Below are positions 40,155-49,048 of a stretch of DNA of 64,000 bases, piece after piece. Location of the stretch: the NCBI GenBank assembly GCA_018664825.1, contig JABJNO010000025.1, positions 3,022 through 67,021 of the forward strand. Reading direction: 5' to 3'. Made by a program: the position numbers and the translations under genes. The notes below the pieces were generated by a model. That model saw nothing but the letters and a program-made list of their open reading frames with translations. It ran no database searches and had not been told where the DNA came from. The stretch's first letter is position 1. Each line of letters starts with the position of its first letter. This DNA is from Candidatus Parcubacteria bacterium. GTDB lineage: Bacteria; Patescibacteriota; Patescibacteriia; UBA1558; GWA2-36-10.

Positions 40155-41378
40155 ATGGATATTAAAAAATTGTTAGTAGTAATTGGATTTATAGTCCTAG
40201 TAGCATTAGTAGGCTTTGCTTTGTATTGGGTATTTTTTAAACAACCAAACGAAGAAAGAATATTACAAAATTACAACGGTGGAACAATACCTTCGGGCAA
40301 TGAGGGGAATCTAAATGTTGTAAATGATGACAATGCTAATAATGATCAAACTTTACCTTGGCAGGAATATTTGGAGGACAAAGTGTCGCCAGTTGCTGCT
40401 GGAGGACTTACCCAAGTGACTAGAATCACTGATTCAGAAGTCAGTGGGGTCATTTCTGGTATAGATGGAATACAATATTATGATGAAGAGGCTCAACAAT
40501 TTTATCGTATAAACGAAAAAGGGGAGGCAGAATTGATGTCCAACAACAAATTTTTTCAAGTTGAAAATGTAAATTGGGCCAAGTCAGGCAATAAGGCAAT
40601 ATTAGAATATCCGGATGGTTCAAATATTTTGTATAATTTTTCAAATGGAAAACAAGTGACTTTGCCACCGGAGTTGGAAGATTTTGGCTTTAATACTATT
40701 GGTAATCAAATAACAGCCAAGTGGATTGGTAATAATGATGATAACAATTGGTTGATAGCTGCCAATGATGATGGTTCTGGTATGTTTTTGTTGGAGCCTT
40801 TGGGTGATCAAGCACACAACACTCAGATGGGATTTTCTCCTGACAATCAGGTAGCTGCTTTACATAGAAAATATATTGATGCTCAGAGACAACAGGTATT
40901 TCCAATAGGTCTACATGGGGAAAACCTAAAAGCCTTTACAGTCAATGGATCGGGCTTTGTATCCGAATGGTCCCCAGAAGGAAATTCTATGATTTATAGT
41001 GTTTACCATGAAGATACAGATTATATGCCGAGTATGTATGTGACCAAAGGTAGTACATCTGAATTGGGAGATATAAAGATATCTTTGAATGTGGCTACAT
41101 GGCCTGAAAAATGTACTTTTTCAGGAGAAAGTACACTGTATTGTGCGGTTCCTCAGGGCTTACCTAGGGGCGCTGGTATGTATCCAGAAATAGCCCAGGA
41201 ATATCCTGATAATTTTTATCATATAGATTTGGAAAGTGGTACAAAAACATTAATTGCTAGTCCTATAGGAGACAGTGCTAGTTATTCGGCCAATGGTTTG
41301 TCTGTATCTGACGATGGATCATTTTTGTATTTTATTGATCAAAATACAGGCTTATTACAAAGTATTAGATTAAAATAA
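40155..41378 (+). CDS. N-terminally anchored beta-propeller (TolB/PD40-like repeat) protein
   Basis: TM (LLVVIGFIVLVALVGFALYWVFF). Repeated W/F-SP(D/E)G motifs (NWAKSGNKAILEY, GFSPDNQVAALH, EWSPEGNSMIYSV). Confidence 0.45.
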   Translation: MDIKKLLVVIGFIVLVALVGFALYWVFFKQPNEERILQNYNGGTIPSGNEGNLNVVNDDNANNDQTLPWQEYLEDKVSPVAAGGLTQVTRITDSEVSGVISGIDGIQYYDEEAQQFYRINEKGEAELMSNNKFFQVENVNWAKSGNKAILEYPDGSNILYNFSNGKQVTLPPELEDFGFNTIGNQITAKWIGNNDDNNWLIAANDDGSGMFLLEPLGDQAHNTQMGFSPDNQVAALHRKYIDAQRQQVFPIGLHGENLKAFTVNGSGFVSEWSPEGNSMIYSVYHEDTDYMPSMYVTKGSTSELGDIKISLNVATWPEKCTFSGESTLYCAVPQGLPRGAGMYPEIAQEYPDNFYHIDLESGTKTLIASPIGDSASYSANGLSVSDDGSFLYFIDQNTGLLQSIRLK

Positions 41379-41384
41379 TATATT

Positions 41385-42440
41385 ATGAAAAAAACAATTT
41401 TTGGACTATTATTTATTTCTTTTTTTGCATTGTTTTTTGTCTTCACTGTTAGTGAGGTCAATGCAGAGATTGTTTTCGAACCAAATGTCAGAATACCAGG
41501 TACCTCATTTGGAGGATCGGTAATAATTTCTGCCGAAGATAACTCCATAGGCCTTTACATAAAGGCTCTGTACGAATATGGAGCGGTATTTGTAGGAGCG
41601 GTAGCTATGTTTATGCTTGTCTTTGCTGGCTGGCAGTGGCTGATGGCTGCTGGCTCATCAGACAAAATTGGACGAGCCAAAGAAACAATAAATGGTACCT
41701 TGATAGGGTTGATATTGTTGTTTGGTGGTTATTTATTGTTATCACAAATCAGTACAAATTTGGTTGAGTTCAAGGATATCAATATTGTACCATTGGATTT
41801 GGAGACTACTAGTGATGAGACTTGCGATACCATGAATCAAAGGATTAAGAATGGCACAGCTCCTGATTATATACCTACAACACTTATAGATCCTGCCTCA
41901 AAGTATGCTTGCGGTAAGCCTTATCCTGTATGGAAAACAAATGAAGATGGTACGACTGATTTTAATAATAAAGAGGCAGATTGTACGTATAACCTTTCTA
42001 GCATAGACTCATCAAGATGTAGAGCCAAAAAGAACGGAGAGGAATTATGGAGTAAAGATTGTGTTTCTGTGCCTGATCCAGCCTATCCTTGTAAACAGTT
42101 GTCTGGTAATTGTACTTGGATTTTTTCTGGTAACAATAGGCCAGGTAACAAATGTGAAAATTATTTGAATAAGGATTGGTGTATTTCTAACTATTGTCGT
42201 ACTGAGCATCCAGAATATGAATGTGGCCTTGATCAAAACAATCCTAGAGCAAAATGTGAGCTCTTGGACAATGTCTGGTGTAATAGTAGTGAATATTGTG
42301 ATTTTGACGGTTCAAATAAATGGTGTTGCGAGGATAGCGGTGGTACTGATTACTGTCGTATAGACAAAACAGTTGATAGTGATAGAGGTAATCCGGATAA
42401 CAACAATGATAATATAACAGATAATTGTAGAACTATATAA
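41385..42440 (+). CDS. VirB2/TrbC-like pilin domain fused to a C-terminal cysteine-rich domain
   Basis: Signal peptide, then two hydrophobic helices separated by a short basic loop (AVFVGAVAMFMLVFAGWQWLMAAG - SSDKIGRAKETINGT - LIGLILLFGGYLLLSQI), as in VirB2 pilins. Followed by ~210 aa with >20 Cys. Confidence 0.4.
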   Translation: MKKTIFGLLFISFFALFFVFTVSEVNAEIVFEPNVRIPGTSFGGSVIISAEDNSIGLYIKALYEYGAVFVGAVAMFMLVFAGWQWLMAAGSSDKIGRAKETINGTLIGLILLFGGYLLLSQISTNLVEFKDINIVPLDLETTSDETCDTMNQRIKNGTAPDYIPTTLIDPASKYACGKPYPVWKTNEDGTTDFNNKEADCTYNLSSIDSSRCRAKKNGEELWSKDCVSVPDPAYPCKQLSGNCTWIFSGNNRPGNKCENYLNKDWCISNYCRTEHPEYECGLDQNNPRAKCELLDNVWCNSSEYCDFDGSNKWCCEDSGGTDYCRIDKTVDSDRGNPDNNNDNITDNCRTI

Positions 42441-42449
42441 AATAAAAAA

Positions 42450-42474
42450 CTACCCAGAGATGGGTAGTTTTTTT
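42450..42474 (+). terminator. rho-independent terminator
   Basis: CTACCCA-GAGA-TGGGTAG hairpin followed by T7. Confidence 0.65.
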
Positions 42475-42508
42475 AACCTTCGAGGTTGGATGTCCAACCT
42501 CGAAGGTT
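42475..42508. repeat. REP palindrome pair (5' flank of RAYT)
   Basis: AACCTTCGAGGTTGG-ATGT-CCAACCTCGAAGGTT, a 15-bp perfect stem. An additional single copy TGTCCAACCTCGAAGGTT sits at 42563-42580. Confidence 0.8.
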
Positions 42509-42619
42509 AAATTTGACGTAAATTAATTTATAGTCTACTCTAAAAAAGAAGAAAAGCGATTTTGTCCAACCTCGAAGGTTAGATAAGGTCGGTTATTTAT
42601 ATAATTTACCTTATTTTTT

Positions 42620-43189
42620 ATGCCAAATAAATCAAGGAACATTTATGCAGGTAACTATTACCATATTTATAATAGAGCAGTAGAGAAGAGAACTATATTT
42701 TATAGTGAAAGTGATTATGAATATTTTATTTCTAAAGCTATCTTATATAAAGAAATGACGGAGGTAAAGATATTGGCTTATTGTATTTTACCAAACCATT
42801 TTCATTTTTTATTGAAAGAACCAAAATCAACCTCGAAGGTTGAAATCTCGGCAATTTCTAAATTTATTTCTCTTTTGTCTAATTCATATACAAAACATTT
42901 TAACTTAACCAAGGAACATTCTGGTAGGCTGTTTCAGGGGCCATTCAAGTCTAAGTTAGTAGATGATGATAGTTATTTGAAAGTTTTATTAAACTATATA
43001 AATTTGAATCATTTAAAACATAAAATAACTGACAAAGTTAATGACTGGCCTTATAGTTCACATCATAATTATGTAGGGAAGTGGAAATATAATTTGATTG
43101 GGAAAGATTGTATAGTTGATTTTGAAGAATATAAACAGGTTATAAATTATTATAAAAATAGTTTATCTAGTTTATACGAAGAATTTTAA
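42620..43189 (+). mobile_element. REP-associated tyrosine transposase (RAYT, IS200/IS605-like Y1 HuH transposase)
   Basis: HuH motif LPNHFHFLL and C-terminal YINLNHLKH...NDWPYSS (catalytic Tyr, NPV-like motif and WPxSS typical of TnpA_REP). Gene contains one REP copy internally (42829-42841) and its stop codon overlaps another (43189-43201). Confidence 0.75.
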
Positions 43190-43201
43190 CCTCGAAGGTT
43201 G
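43189..43201. repeat. REP copy (3' flank of RAYT, between RAYT and recG)
   Basis: AACCTCGAAGGTT. Confidence 0.7.
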
Positions 43202-43203
43202 AT

Positions 43204-45273
43204 TTATTCCAAGTGCATTTCATCTTGTAGTTTCTTGATAGTTTCTACGATTTCATGTTGATATTTTTTGTCTTTCAAGACCAATTTTGCCCATTTTTGG
43301 GCTTTTTTTATTAGCTCGATATCTGATAATTTAGCTATTTTTAGCTTCATTAGGCCAGTTTGTTGGGTACCAAATATTTCTCCCGAGCCACGTAGCTCGA
43401 GGTCAAGCTCAGCTAGCTCAAAGCCATTGTTTGTTTCTGATAGAGCCTTGAGCCTTTCTTTGCTAAGTTGAGAATCGTCGGTAGTAAATAGCATACAAAA
43501 ACTTTCCAAATCATTGCGTCCTATCCTACCACGGAATTGGTGTAGCTGGGACAGGCCAAATCTCTCGGCACTTTCTATCATCATTAGTGTAGCATTTGGA
43601 ATATCCACACCAACTTCTATCACGGAGGTAGCTACCAATATTGGGAATTTATTATCCTTGAAATCTTTCATGATATTTTCTTTTTCTTCTGTTTTGAGTT
43701 TGCCGTGTAAATATCTTATTTCTATGTCAGGAAATATTTCTTCGTTTAGTTTTTTGTATTCTTGTTGGACTGACTTTACACCCAAGACGTCACTCTCATC
43801 TATAAGCGGACAAATCACAAAAGCTTGTTGTCCTTTTTTTATTTTATCCAAAATAAATTTATAGGCATCTTTTCTTTTTTTTTCTGGTACCAAAAATGTT
43901 TTTATTTCTTTTCGGCCAGCGGGCTTTTCTTTTATCAAGGATATATCGAGATCACCATATAGAGTCAGGCTCAAGGTACGGGGGATAGGTGTAGCAGTCA
44001 TAGATAGTAGGTGGGGTACGTGGTCGTCTATATTTTTATTTTTTATAGCCTGCCTTTGAGCTACTCCAAAACGATGTTGTTCGTCTATTACAACTAGTCC
44101 TAGGTTTTTAAAATTTGTTTTTTCTTGGATCAAGGCATGAGTACCAATTACCATCTTGATTTTACCAGAGGCGATATCTTTGTTCATTTTTGCCCTGGTC
44201 AGTTCGGTACCATCAGCCAAGACTTTTTTGACACGAGTAAGTAGGGCTATTTGTTTATGAAATTTTTTGGGAGCCAAGTCTTGGATTGACCCAAGGTGTT
44301 GATGAGCTAGTATTTCGGTGGGAGCCATAATAGCTGCTTGAAAACCATTGATAATTGTATTGAGAGCAGTCAACATAGCTACAATCGTCTTGCCTGAGCC
44401 CACATCACCCTCAAGTAGTCTATTCATGGGTTGTTTTTGGCTCAAATCAGCTAGGGCGTCATAGAGAGATTTTTGTTGGTCTACGGTAAGTTTGAAAGGT
44501 AAATCTTTTATTATTTTATTTAAAAATTTATCATCAAGCGGGATAACATAGCTGGGTTGGGATTGATAGTTTAGTTTGGCTAATTGATATTTTGCCTGTA
44601 GATAAAACAACTCTTGGAATTTTAATCTAGCAACTGCTTTATCCAGACTTTGTTGGTCGTTTGGAAAGTGTATTTCTTGTAAAGCTTCATGAAGCCAGGG
44701 AAATTTTTCTTGATTGAGTATATCTACTGGTAGCGGGTCATCTTCATAAATACCAGTCTTGAGAGCTCTGTCCATTAAAAAACGCAGTTGTTTTTGGGTA
44801 ATTTTACCACTAAGATGATATATGGGAACCAGGCGGGCACTGTGCAGAGGATTGTCTTTCACTTTTTCATAAGTTGGGTTGGTCATTTGCCAGATTAGGT
44901 TTTTTTGTTGGACCTTGCCACTCAAAAAAACTTCATCGCCACGGCTTAGCACTTGGCTGACAAATTTTTGTCGAAACCAAATAGCCTTCATACTATCAGT
45001 TGTGTCAGAGGCCAAAATTTCAGTAATCATCATTTTTTGTTTACGTGAACGATAACTACGGATATTGTCTATTTTTACTCGGACGGTTGTTATCTGATTT
45101 TCTTCTAGATCATCTATGTCTTTTATTTGACTCAAATCATCATAGCGAAAAGGAAAATGCCAAAATAAATCAGTAATAGTGCTGATTTTCATTTTTTTGA
45201 AACTAGCGCCAAGAGTATTTGTCATGGCGTGTAATTGCTCTATATTTTGCTTTGACTCGGTATTTTTTGGCAT
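43204..45273 (-). CDS. recG: ATP-dependent DNA helicase RecG
   Basis: Walker A LEGDVGSGKTIVA, DEQH box VVIDEQHRFGVAQR, helicase C-terminal motifs (QFRGRIGR), N-terminal wedge region. 689 aa. Confidence 0.85.
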   Translation of the reverse strand: MPKNTESKQNIEQLHAMTNTLGASFKKMKISTITDLFWHFPFRYDDLSQIKDIDDLEENQITTVRVKIDNIRSYRSRKQKMMITEILASDTTDSMKAIWFRQKFVSQVLSRGDEVFLSGKVQQKNLIWQMTNPTYEKVKDNPLHSARLVPIYHLSGKITQKQLRFLMDRALKTGIYEDDPLPVDILNQEKFPWLHEALQEIHFPNDQQSLDKAVARLKFQELFYLQAKYQLAKLNYQSQPSYVIPLDDKFLNKIIKDLPFKLTVDQQKSLYDALADLSQKQPMNRLLEGDVGSGKTIVAMLTALNTIINGFQAAIMAPTEILAHQHLGSIQDLAPKKFHKQIALLTRVKKVLADGTELTRAKMNKDIASGKIKMVIGTHALIQEKTNFKNLGLVVIDEQHRFGVAQRQAIKNKNIDDHVPHLLSMTATPIPRTLSLTLYGDLDISLIKEKPAGRKEIKTFLVPEKKRKDAYKFILDKIKKGQQAFVICPLIDESDVLGVKSVQQEYKKLNEEIFPDIEIRYLHGKLKTEEKENIMKDFKDNKFPILVATSVIEVGVDIPNATLMMIESAERFGLSQLHQFRGRIGRNDLESFCMLFTTDDSQLSKERLKALSETNNGFELAELDLELRGSGEIFGTQQTGLMKLKIAKLSDIELIKKAQKWAKLVLKDKKYQHEIVETIKKLQDEMHLE

Positions 45274-45331
45274 ATAGATTGAATAAGCTGAACATATTGT
45301 TCAGCTTAGGGAGTTTATTATTTGATGTAAC

Positions 45332-45895
45332 TTATAACTTTAAAAGACGGGATATACCCTCGGAGTTGGGTATTTCTTCTTTGTTCAAGTCTTCGTCCAA
45401 ATAATTTAATAATATTTTTCGGACAGCAACTGGATTTTGATCTTCTAGGGGGATAGTGAGTAGTTGTCCAAGAGAGCTTTTTGGTTGTAGGTAGAGACTT
45501 TTTATTTGCGGAGGATAGTAGAGTATATAAAATCTCTTGAATTTTTCAAATTCCAAAAATTTACCATGCAGGATAATGCCATCTTCAGCTATGATAACTT
45601 CGATATTTTCAGGGTGTTTCTTTTCTGTAAGAAAATACATGACTAAGAAAAACAAAATAATAACTGCAAAAAGAGGATTGTCTGAGAAATAAGAATATAC
45701 AAGCATTGCTATAGTGACTATTACTAGGAGAACATACCACCATTTTCCTCGTTCATGTTTGTGAAATTCAGGGAATTCCCAAGCAGCCATGATTTTACCA
45801 AATTCTTTTTCTACTGCCTCACCAAAAGTTTCGGGGCCATCAAAAAATTCTAAATCTTCTTTATTTTGCTCACTTTTTTCTTTATTTTTTACCAT
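45332..45895 (-). CDS. hypothetical membrane protein (2 TM)
   Basis: WWYVLLVIVTIAMLVYSYF and LFAVIILFFLVMYFL helices. No recognisable motif. Confidence 0.4.
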   Translation of the reverse strand: MVKNKEKSEQNKEDLEFFDGPETFGEAVEKEFGKIMAAWEFPEFHKHERGKWWYVLLVIVTIAMLVYSYFSDNPLFAVIILFFLVMYFLTEKKHPENIEVIIAEDGIILHGKFLEFEKFKRFYILYYPPQIKSLYLQPKSSLGQLLTIPLEDQNPVAVRKILLNYLDEDLNKEEIPNSEGISRLLKL

Positions 45896-45968
45896 ACATT
45901 TTTATTTTATAATGTAGCTATATTATAACATAACTAGGCCAATTTATCTATAAAGAGGGCAAGGGGGC

Positions 45969-45997
45969 TTGCCAAAAGGTATAAAATATACTATTAT
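45969..45997 (+). promoter_or_regulatory. putative promoter of the tRNA cluster
   Basis: TTGCCA (45969-45974), 17-nt spacer, TATTAT (45992-45997), ~20 nt upstream of tRNA-Ser. Confidence 0.35.
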
Positions 45998-46018
45998 GTA
46001 GCAGTCTTCGACATATTT

Positions 46019-46106
<88 letters not shown>

Positions 46107-46243
46107 TTCGATTCGCTTTTGCTTTGCAAAAGCTCACTCATGGTCTACGGTGCTAAAATAGCACCTCCAACCAGTTTATTTATAGAATCGAATGTCCTGA
46201 GCGAAGTCGAAGGACAGGAGACATTGAAATATTATTATTGCTA

Positions 46244-46319
46244 GTCCTCGTAGCTCAGTGGATAGAGCGTTTGGTTGCGGTCCAAAAGGTCGCAGGTTCG
46301 ATTCCTGCCGGGGACACCA
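46244..46319 (+). tRNA. tRNA-Arg (anticodon read as GCG), encoded CCA
   Basis: 76-nt cloverleaf: acceptor GTCCTCG/CGGGGAC, D-arm GCTCAGTGGATAGAGC, anticodon stem TTTGG/CCAAA with loop TTGCGGT, T-arm GCAGGTTCGATTCCTGC, ACCA. Anticodon assignment by hand. Confidence 0.65.
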
Positions 46320-46390
46320 AGCTTCGACAAGCTCAGCTTGGATAAGCTTGTCCTGAGCGAAGCCGAAGGGCATTATATTATCAACCAAAT

Positions 46391-46482
46391 GGAGAGGTGG
46401 CAGAGTGGTTGAATGCGGCACCCTGCTAAGGTGTTATTCCGTTTATTCGGGATCGAGGGTTCGAATCCCTCCCTCTCCGCCA
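46391..46482 (+). tRNA. tRNA-Ser (anticodon GCT), long variable arm, encoded CCA
   Basis: Acceptor GGAGAGG/CCTCTCC, anticodon stem GCACC/GGTGT with loop CTGCTAA, long extra arm, T-arm GAGGGTTCGAATCCCTC, GCCA. Confidence 0.8.
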
Positions 46483-46560
46483 CTTCGTGCTAGCACGAAG
46501 ATATTAAAAACAACTTCATTAGAAAGCTGTTTTTTTTTGATAAATCAAAAATATAATATT

Positions 46561-46591
46561 AAAAAACTATCCTGCGAGGGATAGCTTTTTT
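46561..46591. terminator. bidirectional terminator
   Basis: A6-CTATCC-TGCGAG-GGATAG-T6. Confidence 0.5.
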
Positions 46592-46619
46592 ATGTATCTT
46601 GTTTGATAGCTATAATTTG

Positions 46620-46895
46620 CTATACATTTTCCACACCAAGATCTCGTGCTATGTTTTTTAATGCTTCTACGGTAGTCATGACTTCATTTGTGTCAGTTAC
46701 AGTTTCCAAGTGTGCCACTAATTCGACAGCTTTTGCTTTTTTTCGTTCAACCTCTCCTTGTGCTACACTAGCTTCTCTTTCATCCACCAAGTTAGCATCT
46801 TCTCCTAATTACTCAACTGATGAATCTTCAATTTGTTTTAGTAAATCAAGTCCTGTTTCTTTCATTTTTCTCAAATCCTCTGCTGGATTTGGCAT
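46620..46895 (-). pseudogene. small ORF (28 + 62 codons) interrupted by a single in-frame TAA; possible pseudogene or two tiny genes
   Basis: Minus-strand frame from ATG 46895 reads MPNPAEDLRKMKETGLDLLKQIEDSSVE-TAA-LGEDANLVDEREASVAQGEVERKKAKAVELVAHLETVTDTNEVMTTVEALKNIARDLGVENV-TAG. Both halves have protein-like composition. The plus-strand ORF 46603..46929 is its antisense. Confidence 0.25.
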
Positions 46896-46982
46896 TGTGT
46901 CAAAACCTATAAAATATTTACGTTACTAATTATATAATTCTTAATAAAAGCTTAACAAAAATCTTATACTCTCGCAATACTA

Positions 46983-49046
46983 CTATTCCATACCCAAGAA
47001 ATCTTTTTCTGTCTTAGTGATATAAGATTTTAGATCCTGTAAAGAGCTAGCCAATTGTTCCGGGTTACTATAACTTGCTTGTATGCTGGTAGTTATGGTA
47101 GATAGATTTGTCCTATCTTCATCGTCGGTTTCGTCCAATATATCTTCGTTAAATTTGGCTATAGCTTCGACTACTTGCTGTTGATCTAATTCCGGATTAG
47201 CCAATACTCTTTCTAGAGCACTGATTTCATCTCGAATAGAAATATGTGTAATTTCTTCCATGACTACTTCAATTTCAGTACTAGCCTCACTGAAACTATC
47301 ACCAAAATCAAAGTTTGCTTTATCACTAATAAAAGATAACTCTGCCATCAAAACTTTTTTTTCTTCGGCAGAATCGGTTTCTCTAATTTTTCTAACAACA
47401 ATCCCTAGCTCTGCCATATGCTCTTTGGATATACCAAAATCCTCCATGGCCTTGGTAAAAGCTTTGATAGACATTTTATCGCCAAATAAATTGCCGAGCA
47501 AGGCTTGAGCTTGGGAAATTTCCATTTTAATCTTAGGGATTATTTTGCCAGCTACCTCCATCATTTCTACTCCTTTGACCACACCAGAAAATTGCCCCAA
47601 AGTCATATCTACGGTAACGGGACTAAATTGATTTTCAATAGCATCCAAATAACCTTTTCGCCTATCAGGATTTTGCTCTTTGCCTGCTATACCTCTTAAT
47701 TCCTCTTTATATTTATCTAGCATGATAGTATCTATTTTTCCATTATGAATCTCAGCATAAAGTTTCACTTTTTGAAGTACACGCATCACATCCGTTGAAC
47801 GGAAAAACGCAGGACATTTTATTTCGGCTGTCACTCCTAGGGCATCAACGGTAGAAGTGATAGATCTGACGGTGTCACGATTTATATCTTCAATTTGATC
47901 TGTAGATGGATATTCGGACATCACGTAGCTATGTTGTAAAATACCTTCGCGAATCATCTCATAACCCTCTTCACCAAATTTATCTATATAATAATCAGCG
48001 TTGTCTTCGACATATCTAGTACTAAACAATGGATGATCTTTGGAAGCATCAAAACTACCCTTAGCTTGAGCTACGCCAGCAGCATATCCTATATCATGAT
48101 CTATGATAATTTGACGAATTATAATTTTGTCTTTGGCAGAAACACGATCTCCCAAGCCATCCATCATGCTGTCAGCTATATTCATATTACCTTCCAAAAT
48201 ATGTCGCGTACCATGATCTGATCCAGAAAACACTCTCTTATCAAGAGAGGTTTGATAAACAAGTTTTCGAGCATTATCTTGAACCAAAGATTGAATTGTT
48301 TCGATGGTAGCCTCAGGATAAGCCTCTTGATATTGTTTAATATAAATACTCGATTCTCTTTCTATTAATTTAGCTTCTGATTCTTCAATAGAAACTTCTG
48401 GGCTATCAATAAATTCTTGCAACTCCTCACTGATAGCTGCCAAAATTTGTTCAGTATCGACTGCTTCAGGAATTTCTTTTTCTTTTACATTCAAATATAA
48501 CATCATGTCAGAATGAAAAGCTTCTGGATTGACTGCGCCAGAATCAATTTTTTGTTGTAATTCTTCATAGGCATTCAATTGCGCTTCTTCGTGTTCGGCG
48601 ATAGTTTCAGCCCCCTTATGATGCCTACTGACCAGTCCCTTAGCATAATCTTCTTTAGTTTTGGCTCTTAGTTCCATCAATTCCTCCTCGCTACTTCTAT
48701 CTATAAGACTAGATATTTCCTTAATTTGTTCAGAGTGACTAGTATTTATTTCGTCAATTTCTTGCTGCACAGTCAATAATTCAGCTTGTCCATTTTTCAA
48801 GTCTTCCTCTGTACCTCCGACTGATTCTACGATACTAGTTAAAATATTATTATTTTCTTGCTGCATAGTATCCACTTCTGCTGCTCTATCAGAAAGATCT
48901 TCAAGAGTTGCCTCTACATATTCCCTAAAATTTTCTTGACTTTCAGCTGCTTGATCTGCTAGTTGATCCAAATCAAGCTCAGTTTCTTGATCCTGACTTG
49001 GTTCTTCAATATTTTCTACTGCTGATAATTTGTCTTCTTTAAGCAT
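46983..49046 (-). CDS. acidic coiled-coil protein with putative HD-domain phosphohydrolase core
   Basis: N-terminal 250 aa highly acidic/coiled-coil. Central GSDHGTRHILEG and IIDHDIGY resemble the H...HD metal-binding motif. Confidence 0.4.
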   Translation of the reverse strand: MLKEDKLSAVENIEEPSQDQETELDLDQLADQAAESQENFREYVEATLEDLSDRAAEVDTMQQENNNILTSIVESVGGTEEDLKNGQAELLTVQQEIDEINTSHSEQIKEISSLIDRSSEEELMELRAKTKEDYAKGLVSRHHKGAETIAEHEEAQLNAYEELQQKIDSGAVNPEAFHSDMMLYLNVKEKEIPEAVDTEQILAAISEELQEFIDSPEVSIEESEAKLIERESSIYIKQYQEAYPEATIETIQSLVQDNARKLVYQTSLDKRVFSGSDHGTRHILEGNMNIADSMMDGLGDRVSAKDKIIIRQIIIDHDIGYAAGVAQAKGSFDASKDHPLFSTRYVEDNADYYIDKFGEEGYEMIREGILQHSYVMSEYPSTDQIEDINRDTVRSITSTVDALGVTAEIKCPAFFRSTDVMRVLQKVKLYAEIHNGKIDTIMLDKYKEELRGIAGKEQNPDRRKGYLDAIENQFSPVTVDMTLGQFSGVVKGVEMMEVAGKIIPKIKMEISQAQALLGNLFGDKMSIKAFTKAMEDFGISKEHMAELGIVVRKIRETDSAEEKKVLMAELSFISDKANFDFGDSFSEASTEIEVVMEEITHISIRDEISALERVLANPELDQQQVVEAIAKFNEDILDETDDEDRTNLSTITTSIQASYSNPEQLASSLQDLKSYITKTEKDFLGME

Positions 49047-49048
49047 AT

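Noticed and set aside
33371-43201. Possible CRISPR array suggested by repeated AACCTTCGAGGTT copies
   Set aside because: Copies are inverted palindromic pairs at irregular spacing (REP-like), not regularly spaced direct repeats with unique spacers. No cas genes.
46603-46929. 108-aa plus-strand ORF in the ORF track
   Set aside because: Low-complexity Ser/Thr/Phe-rich translation. It is the antisense of a more protein-like minus-strand frame (46620..46895), so treated as spurious.
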